NCBI GenBank assembly: GCA_001179505.1
Contig: CDMY01000614.1
Coordinates: 1-42,600, forward strand
Direction: 5' to 3'
DNA from: Vitrella brassicaformis CCMP3155
Lineage: Eukaryota > Protista > Chromerida
Length of the DNA stretch: 42,600 nt
Of this stretch, positions 10,902-20,935 are shown piece by piece (position 1 is the first letter of the stretch; the number at the start of each line of letters is the position of its first letter). The notes beneath the pieces are model-generated. The model was not told where the DNA came from. It saw nothing but the letters and a program-made list of their open reading frames with translations, and did not search any database. Made by a program: the position numbers and the translations under genes.

Positions 10902-12662
10902 ATGAGGCGTCCATTGGTCATGGTTCATAGCATCTTCCAGCATCTTTCAGGGGCTGAGCGGACCGCTGGTCTGAGGATGCTGCTGCACAGCAAACACACC
11001 CTGACACAAGCCAAGAAGCCCATCTCTTCTGCACATCTCGCGGTGACACCCACCGCCTCAACAGCAGCTCCTACATCCCTGCCCTCTGTTGTCATCCCAA
11101 CTTGCCAGCGCTCGGAGCTCCAATCATCATTCCATCGCCCTCAGCCTTATTGGTTGCCATTCGTCGGCGCCGCTGGGGCCTTATCGTTGGCTATGGCGAT
11201 GCGACGGCATTTGTGTCACTGTGAGGAAGCCGCTGCGGCCGAGTCAGATGAGCCAGCAGCAGCACCAGCACCAGATCCACCACCTGTTCAGTCCGACAAG
11301 CTGACGTACTTTCTGCGGCGCCCTGCACTGTGGGCTGAACGGACCATTCTCCTCATCGGTCTTGGGGACGTCAAGACCGGCCCCCTGGTGCAGCTGCTGG
11401 GCGCTGAGGGCGACAAGAAGGTCAAGAAGCACATGACAGAGTATGAGAAGGAGAGGGAGGCCGACAGGAGGCGACAGGCGGCCTGGCTGCCCGTGCACGA
11501 CAAGCGGTTTCACTTCCAGCTCATGTCGATGCACGTCGTGGGGGCCGACTACCTGCCCGACAAGGTCTTGGCGCACGAGGACAAGATGGCCGTGCTCGCC
11601 GAGGCAGCCAAGAGGGCGTCGGAGGGGCTCCACGCCATCGCACTTGTCGTGCCTGAGACCGTGGATGCCAGCCAGGTTGACGCCTACATCCACTACGCCG
11701 AGTCGATTACCGGCCAGGGGTCGCTCGAGCAGCACGGCGTCATCGTGCAGATGACCACCAGCGACAAGCCAGCCCCACCCCCGGCAGACATCCCTGAGAA
11801 GCTGCGAGCCAAGGTGAGCGGCCGGGTCATCCCGTTCCGCGCCATCCCGGCTGGCTCTGTCAACATGGACGGCTGGGTGTTCCGCACATGCCGCAGTGTC
11901 CCCGGCTGGGTGGCGAGTGTGGTGGCTTTCGTGGCCCCCCTGCCTCTGGTGCAGTACCTGTCGTCTCGGCACTCTTTGCTGTGTCAGCTGGGCCGCATCT
12001 GGCGGGCCAACTCTTACCACGCCGTCGACAACGAAGTGCTGGCCAAGGCGCGTGAGGTGATGGCTATCGTCAACGAGGAGGTAGAGTACCAGCGGCAGGT
12101 CGCCAGGAAGATCATCGAGAGCTACAGGCAGACGGCGAACCAGAAGACACGGGACGCGACGCACAACATCAACCATGTGGACCCTTCGGCTGTCTACGAC
12201 ACACAGAAGATTGAGCACAGGCGCAATATTAAGAAATGGATAGAGGAGATCGAGGACGCCATCGCCGACCCCGACGTGTCGCTGTCGCCGCGACTCATCG
12301 CCCTCGAGAGGGAGCTGCGCGGCCTCATTAAGACCCGCATGCCGTCCTATCTGGTGGACCACCCCGACTACCGCCCCCCAGAGATCGACACCCGCACAGT
12401 GAGGCAGGCGGGGGAGCTGACGTACTCCGACCTTGATAGAGTGGTCAAGTGGATGGCCAAGGCGCCCATCCCGGTGCCTGGGGAGGTCATGCACCGCGAC
12501 GTCTTCACGGGCGCGCTGATGCCGAAAGAGGACGGGTCGTTCCCCGACCGCTATAAGAAGCTGACGAGGGAGGAGATACTGGAGGCCAACAGGAGGGTCA
12601 ACCCAAACTCGAGGCACATCCCTGCACACGTTGAGGCTCTCGGTATGGGGGATCGTGCGTGA
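10902..12662 (+). CDS. Intronless AIG1/GIMAP-like (degenerate P-loop) protein with mitochondrial-type leader and TM segment, ~586 aa
   Basis: Uninterrupted ORF with coding-like codon usage. Motifs TILLIGLGDVKT, GLHAIALVVP, ITGQGSLEQHGVIVQMT and LRAKVSGRVIPF parallel the AIG1 consensus (RILLVGxTGxGKS, GPHAFLLV, IFGxxxxxHTIVLFT, LVEKCGNRYxxF). The start codon is uncertain because the frame is open back to 10191. Confidence 0.75.
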   Translation: MRRPLVMVHSIFQHLSGAERTAGLRMLLHSKHTLTQAKKPISSAHLAVTPTASTAAPTSLPSVVIPTCQRSELQSSFHRPQPYWLPFVGAAGALSLAMAMRRHLCHCEEAAAAESDEPAAAPAPDPPPVQSDKLTYFLRRPALWAERTILLIGLGDVKTGPLVQLLGAEGDKKVKKHMTEYEKEREADRRRQAAWLPVHDKRFHFQLMSMHVVGADYLPDKVLAHEDKMAVLAEAAKRASEGLHAIALVVPETVDASQVDAYIHYAESITGQGSLEQHGVIVQMTTSDKPAPPPADIPEKLRAKVSGRVIPFRAIPAGSVNMDGWVFRTCRSVPGWVASVVAFVAPLPLVQYLSSRHSLLCQLGRIWRANSYHAVDNEVLAKAREVMAIVNEEVEYQRQVARKIIESYRQTANQKTRDATHNINHVDPSAVYDTQKIEHRRNIKKWIEEIEDAIADPDVSLSPRLIALERELRGLIKTRMPSYLVDHPDYRPPEIDTRTVRQAGELTYSDLDRVVKWMAKAPIPVPGEVMHRDVFTGALMPKEDGSFPDRYKKLTREEILEANRRVNPNSRHIPAHVEALGMGDRA

Positions 12663-12934
12663 GATGCCTGACTTGACAGATGATCGATGGATGGATGGAG
12701 GGGTGGATGGATGTCATCGATGAATGCTCTGTGTGCGCCGCGCCCACGCCCTTCACATTCAGTCGGACGAAATGTCACTCACTCAGCCAGCCAGCCACCT
12801 CTTCAGCCGCACTTCAGTCAGTCAGTCAGGTCAACAAACACATATATCGACGGTCCGTGCACTGCACTCACTCACGGACCAACCAACGTGCACATGCTGG
12901 TTTATCTATCTCTTCATTCACTCGTTCAATTCAG

Positions 12935-15900
12935 TCATCGGTTGGCGGGCAGGTCGTGGAATGAGACCGACAGGCCCTGCAGGAAGGTGACGTAGTCGAT
13001 CTGCGTCAGGTCGGCCTGCGGCTGCACGAAGGTGATGCACCGCTCGACATCATCCAAAGGAAACTCGTAGCCTAGTAGACACTCAACAGACACACCGGCG
13101 TTCGTGTCTCCCTCCCTCCCTCCCTCCCTCCCTCGCTGTTGGTGTGACTGTGTGCTGTGCGTGCGGACCGACCGATGTTCTTCATGGCTTGTTGGACTTG
13201 CTGCGAAGTGACGTGTTTCTTGGTTGTCATCATGACAAACTCCTTCAGCAGCTTCGTCAAGGTCTTGTTGTGCGCATAAAACACCGACCTGCACAGCACA
13301 GAGAGAGACACATCCATCGAGGAAGGAATGGGACAACCAACCAGACAGACAGACAGGCAGGCGGGCTTACTGAATCTGCCTAACGGCGCTGCGTGTCTTT
13401 TGTGCCTCCTTCAGGTCGGCCGTCGACTGCTGCACCTTGTCAGCGTACTGCTCGTCGGGCTGGATGGCCATCGGCGACAGGCGACAGAACGCTCCATGGC
13501 TCATCTCATCTACGTGGCCATGCTTCGCTGGTTCATTGCCTACCGTGGTCCGCACTGGGAATTTTGTGTGTGTGTGGAGCATTTCGCTTGACCAGTCCTT
13601 GTCGAGCAGCACGTCACAGAACTCCGTGTACGTCACCTGGTTGGGTGGATGGAGGCATGATTGATCACTTGTGGAGAGAGAGAGAGAGAGAGAGAGAGAA
13701 TTGTTTCGACTGTTTGCCTGACCTTTCCGTCTTGGTTGAGGTCGAAGTGGCGCATGACGGCCTGGATCTCCTGCAACCAGACAAAACAGCACTCTTGTGT
13801 CTCTCTGTGTCTGTGTTATGTTGTGCGCGTCAGGCCCCCACGCACCTCATCAGGCAGGTTGAAGGCGAATTTCTGCATGCCCTTCTTGAACTCCTCAAAC
13901 GTCACCACACCATTCTTGTCCTGCACACACGCACGCATGTCAGCTACCCGACCGACCCATCGGTCCTCCCTCTCTCCTCCCTCCTCCCTGGCCTCGTTAC
14001 CTGGTCGAAGAGCCTGAACATGTCTCTGACAAGAGGTCGCTGGTTCTTGACGCCCTCCCGCAGCTTCTCCACCACCGATGTGACGTCGGTGTTGGGGTAG
14101 GGGGGCGGCTCCTCGTCCAGCCACTTTCGCGTGTACGTGTCCATGCCCTTGACGTCGAACCAGTAACCGCTCACCTTGACGCCGTCACTGCATCACACAC
14201 CACACACACACACACACAAGGCCGGCCGGTGGGAGCTGGGGCGGGTGCTGACCCTTCCTGGAAGTCGCGCGGTCCAAAGTTCTTGCCGGTTGCCTCGTTG
14301 AAGTACTTGCCCCGCTGCAGGAAGCGGCCCTGCACAATGCCAGAGTTCCTATACGCCACACATACAGGACAGGATGATCAGCCAACCACAGACATACAGA
14401 CAGACAGACACACAGATGTGATGTACCTCTTTGGGGGCTCGTGAATCATGAGAGTGTCGTCTGAGAGGTAGAAGGCGATCACGAACTCCCTCTCACGGTC
14501 CTCAGGCTTGGGGTCGCGCAGCTTGGCAGTGAACCGCAGAATCTACCATACCATCCACAACCACAGACACCCACTGGTCTCTCTCCCTCCCCGGTGTGCA
14601 TTGCATCATGTGTGTGCGTACAACGCCGTCGTTGTCCATCATCTTCTGGAGGTCCTTGCGGGGCGGTTTGGGCAGCAGCGACTTGACACATGCCAAGGAG
14701 TCCTCCTGAGTGCCGTAGCCGGTGGGCGGCGGGGTGGGGCGCCGCGGCCACGGCTGCTGCGGCAGGTCCATCTGGATGCGCGGCTGCAGCTCGACGCCCA
14801 GCTCCTCCCTGCAAGTTTGTGCTGTGCGTGTGTATGGGGTGTGTGTCTGTGTGTGGGTGTATGGGTGTGGCTATGTCTCTGGTTGATTGCCTGAAGTATC
14901 TTCTGGTGAACTCGTCGGCGTCGAAGATGTGGAACTCAAATTTGAGCAGCTTCATCGTCTTGCCCACCTGCCAAGCCACCACGGCACCCACCGATAGAGC
15001 GTCTGAGTGGTCATGTCTGTCCCCCATCCCTGTGTGTCAAGGTGGGAAGAGCTGAGCTGACCAGGAAGTCGGTGACCTTGACGTAGTCTTCGGCTTTGGG
15101 CATCGTGGCCATGGGACTGCCGAAATCCATCTTGTCTGAACACGGTGTGCAGCCATAAGGGAGACACACGTGAGAGCGGATGCAGTGCAGTGGTGCAGTG
15201 GTGCAGTGGTCACCCCTCGGGAGTTTCCGTCTTCGGAAGAATATGGGGAAGCTGTCACGGCCACAGTTGTTGGGGTACATCTCGCGAATTTCCACCGAAT
15301 TGTCGCTGCACGTTTAAACAACGGCATGGCGTGTTTGTCGTGCCAGTCAGTTCCACTGTGTGTGTGTGTGTGAGTGAGTGAGCGAGGTGCCCACTGACGC
15401 GAGGAAGTAGAGGATGACGAAGGGGCGTCTTTCGAAGATGGGGGTCGTGACGTCATCCATCATGGCGTAGAAGCGACACACCTATGAGACAGACGTGCAG
15501 GCAGGCAGGCCATCGTGACTGACGGTGTCTCCCTCTTTTTGTCTCTCCCGCTACACTGCCACGTGGTGTGCGCACTTTGCCGTCGAGCTCCAGGAACTGC
15601 TGCATGTTGGCATTGATGTGCCCGCCACCCAGCTGCACCTCTCGGTATCTGCACATCCGCACACACACACACAGACAGGCAGGCAGGCAGGCACAGAGGG
15701 AGACAGGGAGAGGGAGGAGAGGGATGTCATGATGGTTGGTGCCATGGTACTTGTCATCCGACCGACCTCTTTTCGTAAGTGATGGGCATGTGCGGGCTCC
15801 TCTTGTCGAGGAAGAGGCGCTTCTCAAGCACGGGGTCGCCCTGCATGGGCATCGACTCGGGCTGCGGGATGCCCTCGTGGATGTAATACGCCTGCAACAC

Positions 15901-16917
15901 ACACACAGGCAGGGGAGGGGCACTGGCGATGCCTCTCAAATAATGCCTCTCTCTCTCTCCCCGCTTGTGTGTGTGTCAGGCAATAAATACGCACCCTTGT
16001 GAAGTGGTCGCAGTCGGTGACCATAAATGTCTTTCCGTACACAGTGATGGGGCGGCCGATACGCAGGTCTTTAGGCGTGAAGTACCGGCCCGTCTTGTCG
16101 CTGTACGGAATCCTGTGCCTCCGCACCAGCACCCCCTGCACACAGAAGAAAGAAAGACCCATGTTTCCCTCCCTCCCTCCCTCCGATCCCTCCATTAACC
16201 AACCTGTGGAATGCCGCTGTTATCAACTTTGGGCTCGCCGATGTGCACGGTGTCGTCCTCGAGGTAGTAGAAGAAGACGCATCGCCGCACCCGCCAGTTC
16301 TCGAGGCCCGACTCGTCCACGGGTTCCTTGTAGTAGCCGTAGAACCGCAGCACCTGCTTGTCCAGCGCCTCCCACGCCGGCAGGTTGTCGTACTCCTTCT
16401 CGGCCGTGTTAAAGATGGCCCGTGTTGTCGACAAAGGCAGCTCCTCGCCATTGCGCCACTGGTTGGGGGGCCTGGCCATGCAGCCACACACAGGGAGGGG
16501 AGAAGCGTCAGTGCAAGGTTGCCGTATCGGTCTTGTGTTGTGCTGTGGCTCCTCTCTCTCTCTCTCTCCCTCTCTCTGACTTTGGGACTTGCACAAATCT
16601 TGGTCTGTCGTGTGTGTAGCCCTCGTCGAACTCCACCCGCTGGCCGCCGGCATAGCCCCACCGCTGCATCTTGTTGTTCTTCTGCAGCACCATTGAACCA
16701 ACACAACACATGCACCGACAATCCAGTCCTCTCCTGTCCTGTCCTTTTGCTCATTTGCACTGTGCGTGTGCACAGGAGCTGTGTGACGTACCTCTTTGTG
16801 TTGTGGGAGTGTGAATCCGGGGAGGCATGGAACTGCAGTGAGGTCGAGCGGCGTGGTGCCCGCGGTGCCGGGGCCCCTGGTGTTGGCGCCCGTCGGAGTC
16901 GGCACGTACTTGGCCAT
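12935..16917 (-). CDS. EFHC1: EF-hand domain-containing protein EFHC1/EFHC2 (Rib72) homolog: 3 DM10 domains plus C-terminal EF-hands; axonemal microtubule inner protein
   Basis: DM10-1 LPAWEALDKQVLRFYGYYKEPV...RVRRCVFFYYLEDDTVHIGEPKVDNSGIPQGVLVRRHRIP. DM10-2 QFLELDGKVCRFYA...ILYFLADNSVEIREMYPNNCGRDSFPIFFRRRKLP. DM10-3 NDGVVLRFTAKL...FVIAFYLSDDTLMIHEPPKRNSGIVQGRFLQRGKY. EF-hands DKNGVVTFEEF and DLNQDGKVTYTEF. EFHC1 versus EFHC2 orthology is not resolved. Confidence 0.93.
14809..14890 (-). other. GC-AG intron in EFHC1-like gene
   Basis: Exon ends TACTTCAG|gcaatc...aacttgcag|GGAGGAG, giving FTRRYFREELG. There is no GT inside the intron. Confidence 0.8.
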
Positions 16918-17544
16918 GGCGGAAACAGCACGCCTTTCAAAAGACGGGGGGCAAGGGGGGGCCGCGAGCGCGCCGAGCATCCCCCGCAGCGCAAATGCCG
17001 GCATGCATCCTCAGACAGCGTTAACTCAGAACTGGACGTGTAGATGAGTTCACAGGCAGAGAGACACATGCATCGACCACGGCCAAAAACGCGCACCATG
17101 CGCCATCTGCACGCTGCGGTCGCACTGACCGTCATCCACCCACCCAAGCAGCCGCTCAGCTGAGCCCTCACGCCCGCCCGGGTCGTACACACGCCCGTTT
17201 AGCTGCGCATGTGTGCCGATTGGCAAAGGCAGGCAGGCAGGCTGGCAGGCAGGCAGCCAACCAAAAAAAAGGAAAGATATCACTTCTTTCTCGTCGTCTG
17301 TGTCGTGCCACTGAGTCCCTTGCCATGCGCAACTCCACGATGAATGGACCGCGCCGAACGGCTTTGTCGCACACGGCCATGAGGCTCACTGGCGTGAGAG
17401 ACAGACAGACAGACAGAATCGGACCCCAAAGCATCATATCATCGCAACCAACGACACGACAGGAAGCTCTCAGCAGTACGACTGACTAAATGAGCACATC
17501 CTCAGCACTGCACACACACGCACACACACTGTCAGCCAGCCTTG

Positions 17545-18925
17545 CTACACAGACAGCCGTCCGCCTGTCGACCCAGCCCCCCTCGACCGCGGTCGCGACG
17601 CCGGCGTGCTCGCCACCCCACTGGCCGCCCGAGCCCGCCCCACCCCCTCGCCCCCCTGCTGCAGCGACATCGCCTGGAATGGCCCCTGCAGGTCTCTCAT
17701 TCTGCCGTTGTTGGTGTTATTGGTGATGTTGGCGTGTGGGTGCGGCACCATGGAAGAAGGCAGCAGGGCGGCCCGCAGCTCGTCCGCCGAGGAGTGCATC
17801 GGCTGCACTGGGACTCTGGGGGGAGCCACGAAGGGCACATAGGGGTTGACATACGACACCCCCGACTTCTGGCGGATTGGTGGCGGGGAGGCAACAGGGG
17901 GTGAGGCGCGTGGCTTGTCGCTGCTGGCAGAGTCGCCACGGATGAGGGCGTTGGACGTCGGAGGGGGCCGCGCGCCTGAGCGACGGAGTTGCTTCTCGTA
18001 GTTGCGGAGCTGCTTCATGAAGCCCTGGTTGGGGAGGGCCATGGGGCGGGTCTGACGGACTTGAGCCAAAGCCTTCACAGAAACATGGACACGAAGCGAG
18101 AATGTGTCGACTGTGCGCTGCGCTGATTGTGAGTGTTCTGGAGCTTGCCTGGTCGACGTCCAGCCCTGCAGTGCCGACCAAGTACCCAATAATGATCGAC
18201 ACGGAACGAGAACGGCCTGCAAAACTGATATGCAATGAACGAACACCGACACACACGCACAGAAGTCAACGTGGCGCAAGCAGTCACCTCCATTTTCTCC
18301 CCTCCCTCCCTCCCTCCCTCACTCACTCACCAGTGCACGAGCACCCTATGTGCGGGATGCCTCAGCGCCCTATCAATGAAGCGGACCGCGTCGGGCAGAA
18401 CCGCCATCAAATCAGCTGCATCGGTGTCAAGCAGCTCCACAGAGTGGTACACGAAGTCGCCAGGGAACGCCACGGGCACCGACGGCGTCGCAGACACGAT
18501 GTGCGTGATGCCCGCCGCGTGAAGTCGGTCCTTCGACAATGCGGCACCAATGGAACCGACGAACAAACGATCAGCAACCTGAGAACAGGACACGGAACAG
18601 TGAGAAATGGGGCTGGTGGTCCTGCCCGGCTCATCGTGCTGCCCACCTGATGGACTGCGTTGTCATACTTCGTCTTGTTCACCACCTGCAGCCAGGGAAG
18701 AAGCACACACGCATTTGTGCAGTGTCCGTTCCTCTCACATTCTCACGGGCACGGTGGATGTGCACATGTCAACTTCCACTTAGCCCAGACCGTCCTCAGC
18801 TCGTGCACACTCACCAAGATTCCCTGGATTATCTGCTTGAGGCCCTCAGCTCTTCGCGCGTCGCCAGGAGAAGTGGTGGTGGCATCGTCACGCGACCGGA
18901 TATTGACGAAGCTGTTGGAACGCAT
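17545..18925 (-). CDS. Dual-specificity protein phosphatase (atypical DUSP) with long low-complexity C-tail
   Basis: VADRLFVGSIGAALSKDRLHAAGITHIVSAT...VELLDTDAADL...AVRFIDRAL, spliced active site VLVHCFAGRSRS (HCX5R), then QALAQVRQTRPMALPNQGFMKQL. ATG at 18925, TAG at 17545. Confidence 0.92.
18073..18148 (-). other. GC-AG intron in DUSP gene
   Basis: GACCAG|gcaagc...ctgtgaag|GCTTTG. The 76 nt must be removed to keep frame, giving LDVDQALAQVRQTRP. Confidence 0.75.
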
Positions 18926-19160
18926 TCTTGACAGCACAAGCTATTGAGTTCAACAGGAGCGGTGCGGTCCAGGCCCTCCTCCCCCTCTTTTGACCCCCGA
19001 GTGGCGCGAGCTAAAAGCGCAAGGGTGCCCCCTTTCCCCTTTTTCTCGTTTCATCGGCATTCCCCAGGAATTCCTTCAGCCTATCAACATTGTCGGCGGC
19101 CCCAGCTGCTACCTGACCCTTCCTTCCCAGAGGCTTCTTTGTTGTGGCATCGAGGCATCG
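18926..19160. promoter_or_regulatory. Probable bidirectional promoter (DUSP / hypothetical)
   Basis: Divergent ATGs only 235 bp apart, with a pyrimidine-rich tract at ~19025-19055. Confidence 0.5.
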
Positions 19161-20498
19161 ATGGCCCTCAACGTCCCCAGCCCAGCGCCCCAGAGGCGCT
19201 CACAGCTCCTGTTTAGTCCGGCGGGAGTCGTGTCTGGCGGCGGAGATGCCTTGAGGATCCGCACATCCATTCTGGGGCAAGCGGGCATGGGCGTCGTCGA
19301 TGCCTCTGTAAGGCCGGAGGCAAGACATGTCACGGCCGCCCCTAGCGCCGCATCAGCTGCTGCCGCTGGTGCAGTAGCAGCAGGGGATAGGAGGGAGAAC
19401 AAGCACGTGACGGCAGCGCCGGGGATCCAGCTGCCTCTCCTGGCGGGCGGGAGGAGGGCGTCCATGGCGCGCGGCTCGATTGTGGGGGGATTGCTGCCGG
19501 GAGGGGTGATGCCAGCGCCTGACGATCAGACAAAGCCCAAGGACAAGCTGGAGGAGCTGAGGGACGGGTACGTTTCTCAGAAACCGGAGATCAGTGTGGT
19601 GAGTACGGCTGCGGAAGACAAGAAGCCCGACGTGGGCGGCACCGTGCAGCCAGGGGTGGCCCCGACGGCGAGGGTCGACAGTCTTGACGACCTGGAAAAG
19701 GTGACATGACACACACGAGGGAGGGCCACACGGGACGACCCAGTGGAAGACGAGCAACCAACTCTTTTTCCCCTTTTCTTGGTGTCTCCTTCCTGGTCGT
19801 TTCTTCCCCTTCATCTGTGTGCAGTTGGAAGCAGACAAGACCAACATCCAGAAAACCAGGCCAAAGGTCATGCAAATCGATCCATCTGACTTGACTAACT
19901 CGCAGGTTTATTCCCTCATGTGTCTCCTTTCTGCTCGTATGTGTCTCGTCGCTGCAGGTGATGACCGTCGAGCAGTTGCAGCAGATGGTCAACAGCTGCG
20001 CGGGGGGCAAGGCCAAGCAGCGGAAATGGATCGGCACGGGCGGCACGATGAAGCAGGGCAGCAAGGGCAGCCTCAACCCACCGATCGGGGCCACCATGGG
20101 CACCATGGGCACGATGGGATCGACCATGATGTCTCGCCAGTCCTCCCAGAACCTTGGCGGCTCTGCGTCGCCACAAAAGATGTCGCTACAGAAGCAGGGG
20201 AGCGGTGTGGGCTCGGCAGCGAGAAGCTCCTCGCCGCCACCACGGTGACCAACAAAAGAAAGGCTCTCTCCTTTCCCCAATATGTACGCGGCCAATTTCG
20301 CTTCTCGTGTCTCTCCATGTCAGTGCGCCATCGCCGCCCCCCCGGGCGCCATCGAATCTTCCCCGGAGCTCCTCCCCAGAGCGCAAGCCGCCCCCCAGCC
20401 CACAGAAGTCGTCGATAGCGTCCAAGGCGCCCCAGGCACAGGCACACGCGTCACGGTCGACGCTTGCCAAAGCTGGGGCTTCGCAGATGGCAAAGTGA
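19161..20498 (+). CDS. Hypothetical low-complexity (A/G/S/P-rich) protein, 4 exons
   Basis: ATG at 19161 (MALNVPSP). Phase-compatible GT-AG junctions EK|LEADKT, SQ|VMTVEQ and CG|T give RAPSPPPRAPSNLP...QMAK* at 20498. No recognisable domain. Confidence 0.7.
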
Positions 20499-20935
20499 TA
20501 TTGGTTGACGGGGGGAGAGGGACGGTCGCACATTGGAGGGGCTGCGGCGTGGTATGGGCAGGCAGGACGAAAACGAGTTCTGTCCCTCTGAGACGATGCA
20601 TGCACGTGTTCATGTGTGTGTATGTGAAATGAAGGCTGTGAGTGAGGCTGTCTTTTTGACTCTCCCCTTGGTCGCTCCGTCTCATGTGCGTGCACGCTGT
20701 GTTGCCAGCTGGTGAGACATCGAATGAGCCATTCATCTGCTGTGCGTGGCTTAATGGGTACAATTGAATGCATTTGTCATGAGCTGACGGCCATCCATTC
20801 GATCATCCACGAGAGTCGACAACAATGCAATGCAAGCCACTTGCGTCTTCCTGACTGACTGACTGACCATCCGTCACACACACAAACACGTGGCCACACC
20901 GTCCACCCACCCACCCACTCACCCACCCGATACCC

